From contig DATBWR010000011.1 of NCBI GenBank assembly GCA_036514715.1, forward strand, positions 48,102 through 112,101: a stretch of DNA of 64,000 nucleotides, given 5' to 3'. Under the pieces are notes generated by a model. It worked only from the letters and a program-made list of their open reading frames with translations. It was not told where the DNA came from and made no database searches. Numbering within the stretch: the first letter of the stretch is position 1; each line of letters starts with the position of its first letter. The position numbers and the translations under genes were made by a program. This DNA comes from Candidatus Nanoarchaeia archaeon. GTDB taxonomy: Bacteria; Patescibacteriota; Microgenomatia; Woykebacterales; RBG-16-39-9b. Of this stretch, positions 18,098-27,343 are shown one piece after another.

Positions 18098-18925
18098 CTA
18101 GATACTTGAGCGGATTCGGTTGATACGTTCCGCCAACAGGGCTAGAGCTTCTTCCACTTCAACACCGTTGCGGCGCAGGATCAGACCAGCACCAATCAAA
18201 GCCAAAGAGACTACTACCAACAAACGAAACGGGTAGTCAAAACCAGTTATGGGTAGAGTTTTAGCAGCTGCCAAAACTGAACCAGGGGTCGGCAGAGGTC
18301 CTGGACCCTCACCCGGAGCTGGTGGTTTTAAGGCACCAATAATAATCTCGTTGAAATTGCCGGCGTTGTCAATATTAACGTTGATCCAAGCGTTTCCAGT
18401 TTTTATCCAACCGTTACCGCCGGTATTACCGCTAAGTGAGTTACCGCCGGTGTTAGCTCCCAACCAGAAGTTGTTGTCAATATCAAGCCATTTCGCATCG
18501 TATATGTTCAGGTTGTTATTAAAGTTTAAGGTAACTTTGTTGTCAGAGTCAGCTCCGTTACCCGAAACGCTCACGGCCGCGTCAATCGGATCGCAACAAC
18601 CAAGTTTAATTTTGTTAGCGTTAAGAGAGTTGTTAACCGTCAAATTAGTGGTTGCGTCTCCGGTAGTGATACCAACATCACCACCAGTGTTGTCCTCAGC
18701 CTCGTTATTACCGGTGTTGGAATTGGCCTTAACCGAGTTGTCAACGTCAGCATTGTTAGTCTGAACAATCTCAGTTTCTCGGCTCACATTAAAGTTTGCC
18801 TCATTATCTGAGTCGGCGCCGTTTCCGGAAACTTCAATAGTGAAGGCTCGGGCGCTAGATGCTGAACTTAATAATAGGGCAAGGGTGAGCAGGAGGACAG
18901 GCAAGAGAAATTTCGCCTTTTTCAT
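18098..18925 (-). CDS. secreted repeat protein with LPxTG-like sorting signal (surface protein family A)
   Basis: Signal peptide, two copies of the 'SGNGADSDN...NTG.NEAEDNTGGDV.ITTGDA' repeat, and C-terminal 'LPITG' plus hydrophobic stretch plus RR. Confidence 0.65.
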   Translation of the reverse strand: MKKAKFLLPVLLLTLALLLSSASSARAFTIEVSGNGADSDNEANFNVSRETEIVQTNNADVDNSVKANSNTGNNEAEDNTGGDVGITTGDATTNLTVNNSLNANKIKLGCCDPIDAAVSVSGNGADSDNKVTLNFNNNLNIYDAKWLDIDNNFWLGANTGGNSLSGNTGGNGWIKTGNAWINVNIDNAGNFNEIIIGALKPPAPGEGPGPLPTPGSVLAAAKTLPITGFDYPFRLLVVVSLALIGAGLILRRNGVEVEEALALLAERINRIRSSI

Positions 18926-18950
18926 AAATTACGGGCCTCCTTTCAAGGAC

Positions 18951-21155
18951 CTAGGCAGTTCTACGTCTTATTACCAGTAAGGCGTAAGCAGCTAGTACTA
19001 ATAAAGCTCCTCCTAACAAGAGTAAATTGAAAGAGAATTTTCCATTGGCACCGCCGTTAATCACTTTTGTGACCGGATTTTCGTTTTGAGTGGAAAGAGC
19101 ATTTTCCAAAATCTTACCGCCTTCTTCCAAAGCAGCCCCTAAGCTGGCTCCAGACAGCGCAGAAGTTTTGGATTTACCGCTAGTTATGCTGGTTCCGGCA
19201 GGTAAGTTAACACCACTGGCAACTCCATTTCCACCAACTGGACCACCGACCCCTGCCGGAATTTCTTGATCCGGTGGTACGATATTGCCGGTAAAGCTCC
19301 CAAAGACGTTCACGAAAACCAGCATTAGTTTTTTGCCGATAAAGTTGTTGTTGACAAAGTTAACGATGTTGCTGGCGACGTTAACATCACCAGTGTTAAT
19401 AGTGGCACCGCCCATATTACCATTAGCGTCGTTGTTACCAGTGTTGGCAGTAATATTAACGTTGTTGTTAATAAGGGCGTTGTTAGTCTGGTTAATCGTG
19501 GTTGAGTTACTGTTGTTAACTGATGCACCGTTAGTGGAGTCAGACCCATTACCGCTGTTGAGAGCGTAAATCGAACCATCTGGATTGAAACCAAATTCTA
19601 AAGTCCCCCCATCAATTAAGGCTCCGTCAGCGGCGCCGATAATTTGGCCGGTGTAGGTGCCTTGATTATTAACAATTACCAGCCACCAAGTGTCCCCGGC
19701 ACCAACCGTGTTGGTGTTGGCTACAGTTACCAAATTAGAGTTAACGTCCACGCCTCCGGTGGTCACTGAACTGTCGCCCATGTTCTTGTTGGCATCGTTA
19801 CCACCAGTGTTAGCGTTAATGTTTAGATTATTGTTAATCAGGGCGTTATTAATTAGGTTTATGTCAGTGGTATTGGTGTTTGTAACCGAGGCATCGTTCT
19901 CGCTCCCTGAGCCGTTACCGGTGTTTGTAGCAGTGATATCGGCCGCACAGCCGCAACTAGAAAGATCGGCTTCTCTTGGAAGAATAATATCACCGGACAT
20001 ATTGCCAAAAATGTTGACTGTGCCGATCAAAAGTTCAGCTCCAGCCATAAAAGTATTGTTGAGAAAGTTAATAATGTTGGAAACAATGTTGGCGTCTCCG
20101 GTTTCAATAACACCCGCACCCATGTTTTTGTCGGCTTGATTGCCTCCTGTACCAGCGTAAAGGTCAACGTTGTTATCCAAAATGAGGTTGTTTTCGCTGA
20201 CAAGGTTAGTGGTTGAACTATTATTAACGCCTGCAGTGTTGGTCGAGTCCGCTCCGTTGCCCGTGTTACCCGCACCCAACACTCCACCATTTCCGCTTCC
20301 TGTACCAGAGGGCCAAGTGATGTAAAGGTCTTCGCTTTGGTTATCAACGATATTGAAGTTAACAACGTTGGGATTAACAAGCGTGTTGCTACCCATATTG
20401 ACCGTGGTAAAGACTACGTCAGCATCCCCACTAACAATTACTCCGTCACCCATGTTTTTGTTGGCTTCGTTGCCTCCTGTGCTGGCGCCAACGTCTTCGT
20501 TATTAACTAAGTAGAGATCGTTAACATTACTAACATTAGTTGTTGAGTTGTTATCGATGTCAGCGTTGTTGGACGATCCGGAGCCATTACCAATGTTATT
20601 GGCTTCAAGACCACCAGTACAACCGCCACAACCATCGTTCAAGTTAATAATTGTAGTGTTTAGGTTGTTAGTTAAGTTACCATCAACGCTAGCATCGCCG
20701 GTGTGGATTACCCCAGAGCCCATGTTTTTGTTGGCATCATTTTCACCAGTCTCAACATCAACAATAATGTCATTGGTAACATCAGCATTATTTGAAGCTT
20801 CTACATCCGTTTCGTCAGTGACATCAACTTCACTATTATTATCAGAATCAGCTCCGTTACCGCTGTTGGTTGCTTCTGCTTGTGGTTGGTTCGTTCCCCA
20901 AGTGCTTCCTCCACTCCCACCGCTATCAGTTCCTGTAGTTGCTTGAGAGCTCGCTCCAGCATCTGGAGGCGGGCTCATCCAGGAAGGTAGGGCCGGAGAA
21001 TCCGGAGTTGCCGGTGTGCCCGTCGGTGTACTTGGAGCAGTTGGAATAGCCGGCGAACTTGGAGTGGCGATCGCCAAGGTAGCAGCCGGATAAACCATGT
21101 TTGCAGCAATCAGAGCTGCACTTACCAAAGATTTTACTTTTAGATATTTATTCAT
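18951..21155 (-). CDS. large secreted Asn/Gly/Asp-rich repeat protein (family A paralogue), C-terminal TM anchor with basic tail
   Basis: Signal peptide, about 8 repeats containing 'GNGADS.N' and 'TGGN.A.KNMG.GVI.TGDA.V', C-terminus 'LLLLGGALLVLAAYALLVIRRRTA'. Confidence 0.65.
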   Translation of the reverse strand: MNKYLKVKSLVSAALIAANMVYPAATLAIATPSSPAIPTAPSTPTGTPATPDSPALPSWMSPPPDAGASSQATTGTDSGGSGGSTWGTNQPQAEATNSGNGADSDNNSEVDVTDETDVEASNNADVTNDIIVDVETGENDANKNMGSGVIHTGDASVDGNLTNNLNTTIINLNDGCGGCTGGLEANNIGNGSGSSNNADIDNNSTTNVSNVNDLYLVNNEDVGASTGGNEANKNMGDGVIVSGDADVVFTTVNMGSNTLVNPNVVNFNIVDNQSEDLYITWPSGTGSGNGGVLGAGNTGNGADSTNTAGVNNSSTTNLVSENNLILDNNVDLYAGTGGNQADKNMGAGVIETGDANIVSNIINFLNNTFMAGAELLIGTVNIFGNMSGDIILPREADLSSCGCAADITATNTGNGSGSENDASVTNTNTTDINLINNALINNNLNINANTGGNDANKNMGDSSVTTGGVDVNSNLVTVANTNTVGAGDTWWLVIVNNQGTYTGQIIGAADGALIDGGTLEFGFNPDGSIYALNSGNGSDSTNGASVNNSNSTTINQTNNALINNNVNITANTGNNDANGNMGGATINTGDVNVASNIVNFVNNNFIGKKLMLVFVNVFGSFTGNIVPPDQEIPAGVGGPVGGNGVASGVNLPAGTSITSGKSKTSALSGASLGAALEEGGKILENALSTQNENPVTKVINGGANGKFSFNLLLLGGALLVLAAYALLVIRRRTA

Positions 21156-21296
21156 TCGTGTTCTTAAACTTTCAAATTCTAATTAGAACAGCCTCTTAAA
21201 CCACTCTAACTAAACTTCGAACTTCGTCCTTACCCTTTGGCTTCCCCTGGGCCCGCCCTCAAAGGGCGGGCCCAGAGAAAAGACCAACCTAACTAC

Positions 21297-22574
21297 CTAG
21301 GTGCCCCAGTGTCCTAAAAGGAGTAAGATCCACCCGTTCAAATCGTCCAGGTCAGGAAGATCCGGAAGGTCCGGAAAATCCACATCTCCTAGAACGTTTG
21401 AGTTAGCTTCAGTGCTGACTTCAACATCAGCTCCAGCATCACCGGTTTCAATAGTTGGATCCTCACCACCTTGGGTGTTATCCTTAGCGTCATTGTCACC
21501 AGTGTTGGAGTCAACGTCAACGTCGTTGCAGTCACTGCCCCTACCGTGTCCTCCCCCAAAGGAGGAGAGGAAACCTTGAGGGCCACCGTCGCAGTCATAG
21601 TCATTGGTTTGTTGAGCTGCCAAAAGTGCTTCTAGTTCAACGTTAACCTCATTCTCAGAATCAGCTCCGTTGCCAGCGATTTTAATTTCGCCAACAAGTT
21701 CGCAGCACTCATCGAGATTAAGACCGTTGAAGTTAGCTTCGTTACTGACACCAACTTCGACATCGGCATCACCAGTGTCGATTGCAACATCACCACCAGT
21801 GTTGTCTTCGGCTTCGTTGTTGCCAGAATTGGCGTCAACGTCAATGTCGTTCTCAATATCAGCGTTGTTTTCTTGAAGAACTCCAACTAAGCTAGCTACT
21901 CCCACGTTAGCGGTGTTCTTGGAGTCAGATCCGTTACCGGAAATTTCCACATCAATAGAACCACCGTCGCCGCCTCCAATGGAAGCAACGTTAGAGTTGA
22001 CCATATTCTTGACGTCAACCACTACGTCAGCATCACCAGTTTCGATCTCAACATCACCGCCGGTGTTGTCTTTAGCATCGTTGTCACCAGTGTTGGCATC
22101 AACGTCAATGTCGTTATCGACTTTGGCTTCATTGGTCTGCTCCACACCAACTTCTGAAATAAGTTCAACGTTGGCTTCGTTTTCGGAGTCTGAACCATTA
22201 CCGGAGATTTTGACGTCCAGATCACCAGGACAACCGCCACAAGACAAAGAAGCAACGTTGGAGTTAGCGCTGTTGGACACAGAGCTACTCACGTTAGCAT
22301 CCCCAGTGTCGATGGAAACATCACCACCAGTGTTGTCTTCAGCTTCGTTGTTGCCAGAATTGGCGTTAATCTTAACGCTATTATCAATGTCGGCGTTATT
22401 GGTTTGGACGAGTGTCGTGCTAGTGCTCACAGATACGTTAGCGGTGTTAGTCGAATCGGATCCATTACCACTAACGGTAACGGAAGTAGTTCCGAATGCA
22501 ACAGATGCTACGCTCCCTGTTAGCAAGGCTGCAGTAGAAACTGCAGTTGTTAGCTTGTATACTAGTTTGTTCAT
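21297..22574 (-). CDS. secreted repeat protein (family A paralogue)
   Basis: Signal peptide, 4-5 repeats of about 75 aa ('ISGNGSDS.N.ANV...NTG.N.A.DNTGGDV.I.TGDADV'), acidic DLPDLPDL tail. Confidence 0.65.
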   Translation of the reverse strand: MNKLVYKLTTAVSTAALLTGSVASVAFGTTSVTVSGNGSDSTNTANVSVSTSTTLVQTNNADIDNSVKINANSGNNEAEDNTGGDVSIDTGDANVSSSVSNSANSNVASLSCGGCPGDLDVKISGNGSDSENEANVELISEVGVEQTNEAKVDNDIDVDANTGDNDAKDNTGGDVEIETGDADVVVDVKNMVNSNVASIGGGDGGSIDVEISGNGSDSKNTANVGVASLVGVLQENNADIENDIDVDANSGNNEAEDNTGGDVAIDTGDADVEVGVSNEANFNGLNLDECCELVGEIKIAGNGADSENEVNVELEALLAAQQTNDYDCDGGPQGFLSSFGGGHGRGSDCNDVDVDSNTGDNDAKDNTQGGEDPTIETGDAGADVEVSTEANSNVLGDVDFPDLPDLPDLDDLNGWILLLLGHWGT

Positions 22575-22932
22575 TTACTATTCACCTCCTTTCGCAAAGA
22601 TATATTCAATTCTTTTTTGGAATTTCTTTTAATTTGTCTGGACACTTTCATGTAGATAGTAATTCTTCTTTGCTTAAACGAAAACGGAGGCAAACCTTCA
22701 CGCTTTTCATTAGCGTAAAAGCTTACCTCCGTTTGCGGTCGGTAAATTACTTAAACTAACAGTATTTAATTTCTAGGGCAGAAATAGGTAGGTGTGGTGT
22801 TACCGAAAAGAATTTTAGCCTACCAATAAATATTATGTGTGCTTTTTCCCAACCTGTCAAGTCCTGTAATTTTATTCAAAAAGGCCTTAATCTTACTAAC
22901 GAACCGGTCTTCTTTTTGTTACCTACGACCCT

Positions 22933-23136
22933 TTACCGCACCCGCCTTATGGCGCTGTTGTAACCTTCGGCCTTGACACTGGCAGTCTTTTTGATCGTCC
23001 TCTCGGTGATCTGAACCACTCTCCCTGACTCAATGTAAATTTCTACACTACCATACTCTTTGCTAACAATAGCTTCTTTAATTTCGTTTAAAATGCTTTC
23101 CGGCAGACTGTTGGCAGACATAGTTTCGTTCATCAA
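22933..23136 (-). CDS. small protein, DUF2292/YezD-like
   Basis: '..EYGSVEIYIESGRVVQITERT..' resembles the YezD family core 'GSV.I.vqdG.VvQIe'. Confidence 0.4.
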   Translation of the reverse strand: MMNETMSANSLPESILNEIKEAIVSKEYGSVEIYIESGRVVQITERTIKKTASVKAEGYNSAIRRVR

Positions 23137-23137
23137 T

Positions 23138-23755
23138 TTATAGAGAAAACTCTAAAACTACTTTTTCTGAATTGAGCTCGCCGATTTCAACTTTAAACTT
23201 GCTTTCCCCTTTGGGGATCACAAAACCAACGTTCGATGTTTTGGTTGACTGCGGGCGGATTTCCACATTACCCTGATGAGCAGTTGGTGCATACTTTTTA
23301 TCGTCATCGCCGATCAAACGGAAACTGTCAACCGGTTGTAAGTAAAGGGGCACGTTGTAAGGGTTGGAAAGTTCCATGTTAATAATTAAGAACTCCTTGC
23401 CGTTTCTGGCAATGACCCTTTGCCCTTGTACGAGCAAAGAGCCTGCTTTATAAGTGCCGGTAACATCAACGCTAATATCACCGTTAGTGTTCCTGCCGTC
23501 TTTAGTTTTGGCGGTTACTTCAAATTGCTGTGAAAGCCCCAAAACGTTGGGAGCCTCATTTGAAGAGTTGCCGCTAAAGAAAATAGTGTAGAGACCAAAG
23601 GCAGCCAGCAAGGTAAGGACTGTAAAGAAGATGCGGCGCGGTTTTGAGAAAAGGTAGACAAGCAAATTTTTGGATCCGGAAAAAATTCCAGAAAGAAAGG
23701 GTATTGAAAAGCGTCGGCGGACAACTTGCGCAGGAACAAAAGTTGTTACATTCAT
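23138..23755 (-). CDS. hypothetical membrane-anchored exported protein
   Basis: Start set at 23755 (ATG, AAAGGAAAA upstream). N-terminal TM, beta-rich extracellular domain. Confidence 0.4.
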   Translation of the reverse strand: MNVTTFVPAQVVRRRFSIPFLSGIFSGSKNLLVYLFSKPRRIFFTVLTLLAAFGLYTIFFSGNSSNEAPNVLGLSQQFEVTAKTKDGRNTNGDISVDVTGTYKAGSLLVQGQRVIARNGKEFLIINMELSNPYNVPLYLQPVDSFRLIGDDDKKYAPTAHQGNVEIRPQSTKTSNVGFVIPKGESKFKVEIGELNSEKVVLEFSL

Positions 23756-24108
23756 TAACAAATTTTCCTTTCTCTTCAAAATGCAAAAGCCAGCTTTAGG
23801 ACAGACTAAGTCTTTGGGCCGGCAGTGACTTTTAAGATCAAATCGACAATAAAAGTACCACAACAATATAGTATAGTCAAGAGGTTGTCAAGAGTTTTGT
23901 TTGGCTAATTTTTGCCTCATGGTTTCACGAGGAAAATTACTTACTAATCTAAGGAAATTCAGGTGTAAACAAATAAGCGCCCGCTCCATACCTAACCCTT
24001 ACATTATATATATGGGACTCGAAGACGAATCCAGTTTTCTCATTACTTCGAAAATAAGTTCCTACTTGAAACAAGTGGGTCGTTAAGGGGTCTGGTTTCG
24101 CTGACGGA

Positions 24109-24196
24109 AAGTAAGCCTCTAAGATAGAGGACTTCATTGCTTCGCAAAGTAAGCTTCTGAGATAAGAAAGCTTCATTGCTTCGCAAAGTAAGCCCG
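24109..24196. repeat. about 38-bp tandem direct repeat (2.3 copies) in a 600-bp intergenic region
   Basis: aagtaagcctctaagatagaggacttcattgcttcgca / aagtaagcttctgagataagaaagcttcattgcttcgca / aagtaagccc. Confidence 0.5.
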
Positions 24197-24300
24197 TTTT
24201 TCTGTAAGGGAGTCTAATCCTCCTAATAATACTAATATAATAGATATATTAGTATTAGCTGAATGGCTTTCCTTCTAGGCGTACAAGACATCTTTGGGAA

Positions 24301-24336
24301 AACAAAAAGCTCTGAAAGGGAATTCAGAGCTTTTTG
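24301..24336. terminator. bidirectional rho-independent terminator
   Basis: AAAAAGCTCTGAA-aggg-aaTTCAGAGCTTTTT, directly after the stop of 24363..24713 (minus strand). Confidence 0.55.
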
Positions 24337-24362
24337 CGTTAGGTTGATCTTTTCTCTTTTTC

Positions 24363-24713
24363 TTACGGACCAGGCGGCGGAGCCGCGTTGGAGTTAACGT
24401 TGTTGGTGATAGTTACCGTCACCGTGGAGTCACCAGTGTCAATACTCACATCTCCATCACCAGTGTTGAAACTAGCCTTATTACCACCAGTGTTGGAAAC
24501 CGTTATCACCCTGTTTTTGACACGAGCTACATTAATTTGAACAGTAGCCGACTTGTTCACTACTTTAATACGGCAGCGGTTGTGCGAGAAAGCGCCGTTA
24601 TCGGTAATGGTACAAGTGTTACCATCATCAGCTAGAGCAGCTGGAGCCAGTAACATACCAGCAGTAAGGGCTGCACCAGCAGTTGCTCCGACACGAGCAA
24701 TCAATTTATTCAT
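24363..24713 (-). CDS. small secreted protein carrying one family-A repeat unit
   Basis: Signal peptide 'AAALTAGMLLAPAALA', then '..NTGGNKASFNTGDGDVSIDTGDSTV..'. RBS GAGGAGGTG upstream. Confidence 0.6.
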   Translation of the reverse strand: MNKLIARVGATAGAALTAGMLLAPAALADDGNTCTITDNGAFSHNRCRIKVVNKSATVQINVARVKNRVITVSNTGGNKASFNTGDGDVSIDTGDSTVTVTITNNVNSNAAPPPGP

Positions 24714-24760
24714 TCATAATCACCTCCTCTCTAAGAAGTGTACTTTTGTTACGACCTTCA

Positions 24761-24795
24761 CTACTATAGGTGTCCACCTCGGGGGTGTACATTAC
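24761..24795 (-). promoter_or_regulatory. conserved palindromic upstream motif, copy 1
   Basis: cactactataggtgtccacctcgggggtgtacatt, about 50 nt upstream of the 24713 start. Near-identical copy at 28240-28273. Confidence 0.45.
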
Positions 24796-24838
24796 AAAAA
24801 TGCCAACAACAAGGTTGTCGTTGGCTTTTTGATTTTTC
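24796..24838. terminator. rho-independent terminator downstream of the RTX-repeat gene
   Basis: GCCAACAACAA-gg-TTGTCGTTGGC hairpin flanked by A/T runs. Confidence 0.5.
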
Positions 24839-24909
24839 AGAGCAGTTAGAGCAGTCATGGCAGTTTTAGTTTTAACTTCTTACTTCATACTTCACACTTC
24901 TTACTTAAT

Positions 24910-26046
24910 CTAAGGTAGTTCGCATTTAATCAGCGTTTCTCCAGTGGTACAAGTGTCGATTCCGGAATTCCCGTTCAGATTGTCGGTTCCCGGACCACCG
25001 TCAAGTGAGTCATTGCCCGAACCCCCTTTGATATTGTCATTGCCGTTTTCCCCAAAAAGTTGGTCGATACCACTGCCACCGTCAATGTTATCGTTTTGGT
25101 CTCCGCCAAAGATTTGGTCGTTATCGCTGCCGCCTTTAATATTGTCTTCTCCCACTCCGCCGGTGATCTGGTCATCGCCGCTGCCCCCGTCAATGGTGTC
25201 GTTGCCAATCCCACCGTCAATCAAGTCGTTGCCAGACCCGCCTTTCAAATTATCGTTGCCTTCTCCGCCGACCACCAAGTCGTTACCGCTGCCACTGTCA
25301 ATAGTATCGTTGCCACCCTCACCCAAAATCACGTCGTTACCGCTGCTGTCGTTAACTCGATCGTTACCTTCACCGCCGACAATACAGTCATTACCACTAC
25401 CACCGTCAACCCGATCATTGCCCTCCAGAGCAAAAATCAGGTCGTTATTAGGTGTACCACGGATACGGTCGTTGCCGCTGGTTCCGAAAATTGGGTCACC
25501 GGTAAAATCAATGTCGTCGCAATCTTCGGGCGGGGCAATAACTATGCCAATAGAAAGGTCAAAAACAACAGTCGCCGTCTGAAATTCATTACCGGCACTT
25601 TGGGGAAAACAAACTGTGAAATCGTAATCAAAATTTTGACCAGAGTTGAGGTTACCCAAACTCAGGGCGTTAGGACCAGCGCTATCAGTGAAAAATTGGT
25701 CCAGAGTCTGTGGACCGTAAAGGCTGGTGGTTGTCGTAGAGTTTTCGATTTCGATTTCCAGAACCGACCCCAACGCAAGGTCTTCGTCGGTTTTTACACC
25801 GCGTACGCCAACTTCGCGGGTGACGGCTCCGGTATTAAGCACGTTGACTGTGCGGGTTTCACAATCCCCCGGTTTCATGTCATTGACCACAAAAATTGGA
25901 TCGCCACTGGGAACTCCCCAATCAATATCCAAATCCCCGACTGCCCGCACTGTGCTGGGGAACAAAGCATTAGCCACTGCCACGCTGATAAGTGCCAGTG
26001 TCAAAACCCCTATTCTAATAACCTGAAACTTTCTGTTTTTCTTCAT
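24910..26046 (-). CDS. secreted protein with RTX-type calcium-binding nonapeptide repeats
   Basis: More than 15 tandem 'GG.GND.I.' units (GGSGNDLIDGGIGNDTIDGGSGDDQI...). Signal peptide. Start overlaps the stop of the upstream gene by 4 nt. Confidence 0.75.
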   Translation of the reverse strand: MKKNRKFQVIRIGVLTLALISVAVANALFPSTVRAVGDLDIDWGVPSGDPIFVVNDMKPGDCETRTVNVLNTGAVTREVGVRGVKTDEDLALGSVLEIEIENSTTTTSLYGPQTLDQFFTDSAGPNALSLGNLNSGQNFDYDFTVCFPQSAGNEFQTATVVFDLSIGIVIAPPEDCDDIDFTGDPIFGTSGNDRIRGTPNNDLIFALEGNDRVDGGSGNDCIVGGEGNDRVNDSSGNDVILGEGGNDTIDSGSGNDLVVGGEGNDNLKGGSGNDLIDGGIGNDTIDGGSGDDQITGGVGEDNIKGGSDNDQIFGGDQNDNIDGGSGIDQLFGENGNDNIKGGSGNDSLDGGPGTDNLNGNSGIDTCTTGETLIKCELP

Positions 26047-27230
26047 TGGTCACAATTTCCAAACTCAGCTGTAATGGCGTCAATATCGAAACCATCTGCG
26101 TCTGATGTATGTGAATTGGGAAATGGTGTACTCTCCGTTAACCTTACGAACTTAATTGACGAAAGTCCTGTCCCAGAAAAACCCAACTCACTAATACCAT
26201 CGCCACCAACACCTGGTTCGCTAGTAACGTTACCTATGTTGTAATAAGTTATCCCATCCTGACTGACCTCAACTGTGGCTTGTTCTAACGGATATGTTGC
26301 TCGTCCGTTAGTTGCTTCATAAAAAGTAAGTATCGCAGGACCAACATCGAGAATTTGGTATGGAAAAACATAGGTGGCTACACCAGTATAAAACCCAAGA
26401 CTATAAAATCCTGTACTTCCACCAATAACCCAATCTTTTATTAATGCGGCATTGGGATCAGTTCTAGCCGGATTAGTTATTGGCGACCCATTTTTCAAAG
26501 TTCCTTGAGTTGTTTCCTCATCGATGTAACTAGCTAGTAGAGTTGGGTTCTCGTCGCAAAAGGCTTCGGCAGCAGAAAATACATTATTAGTACTCGTTTC
26601 AACATCACTGAAAAACGCGTGGGAGCTTCCCAAAAATATTGCGGCCATGAAAAACATCGCAAAAGGTTTAGCAAAGTCTAAATTGCTACTTTTCTGTGGT
26701 TTTTTCTTTAATTCTTCCCAAATGGAAATTAATTCGGAAATAATTATTAATAAGGTGGGAATGATTATCAGCAGGAAAAAGCCTAAGGGTTGTTTAACAA
26801 AATCCACAAACCTTCCAACATAAGGAACAGAAAGGTTAACTCTGCCAACCACGTCTTTCTCAGCAGTCAAAGAGCTGTCAGGGTCTTCGTTAGCATCTCC
26901 CTTTGTTTCAAACATTTTCTCGCCAGTGGCGCGATCCACTCTTACTACCCGGTGACTGACTAGCTCACTACCGGATTTAAAAGTGACAATATCACCTTCA
27001 ACGTAATTTACTCCCGCACCATCAAGGGGCTTTTTAGTTACAAGCACTAGGGAACCAGCCGGAACAGCGGGCTCCATACTGCCTGTCTTTACCACTAAAG
27101 GTTTTAGCGGTAAAGGCAAATTTAAGTACGCACCGATTGTCAGCAGCATAATGCTGCCAAACACGAGCAGTGTAGTTAATTTAAGTGTCGTTAGTAATAC
27201 TTTCAAACCTATACTCCAAATCCTTGACAA
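26043..27230 (-). CDS. SipW-type (S26B) signal peptidase I fused to a SipW-cognate signal peptide plus TasA-like substrate domain
   Basis: N-terminal half: TM, 'KTGSMEP' (Ser), 'VSHRVV' (His), 'KGDANEDPD' box, second TM. C-terminal half: 'KKKPQKSS..FAMFFMAAIFLGSSHAFFSDVETSTNNVFSAAEAF', which matches the SipW-cognate signal class, then about 190 aa. Confidence 0.7.
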   Translation of the reverse strand: MSRIWSIGLKVLLTTLKLTTLLVFGSIMLLTIGAYLNLPLPLKPLVVKTGSMEPAVPAGSLVLVTKKPLDGAGVNYVEGDIVTFKSGSELVSHRVVRVDRATGEKMFETKGDANEDPDSSLTAEKDVVGRVNLSVPYVGRFVDFVKQPLGFFLLIIIPTLLIIISELISIWEELKKKPQKSSNLDFAKPFAMFFMAAIFLGSSHAFFSDVETSTNNVFSAAEAFCDENPTLLASYIDEETTQGTLKNGSPITNPARTDPNAALIKDWVIGGSTGFYSLGFYTGVATYVFPYQILDVGPAILTFYEATNGRATYPLEQATVEVSQDGITYYNIGNVTSEPGVGGDGISELGFSGTGLSSIKFVRLTESTPFPNSHTSDADGFDIDAITAEFGNCDQ

Positions 27231-27343
27231 GGCCGGGCCTTGTCACCACTTGTCACCAACAATGCAGCTTTCCTCTTCGAGGTCCGAGGCCCCCAAGGTC
27301 CTCTTTGCTGTCCAAGGGGGCCTTAACTTTCAAACCTCGGACT

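Noticed and set aside
19285-22759. Plus-strand ORFs (for example 19285..19569, 19690..20139, 20548..20946, 21913..22632) antisense to the repeat-protein genes.
   Set aside because: They arise from codon-repeat periodicity of the minus-strand Gly/Asn/Asp repeats. Their products are Leu/Pro/Ser/Thr low-complexity.
25060-26244. 394-aa plus-strand ORF opposite the RTX-repeat gene.
   Set aside because: It is a complement of the GGxGxD nonapeptide codon repeats. There are no start signals and the product is low-complexity.
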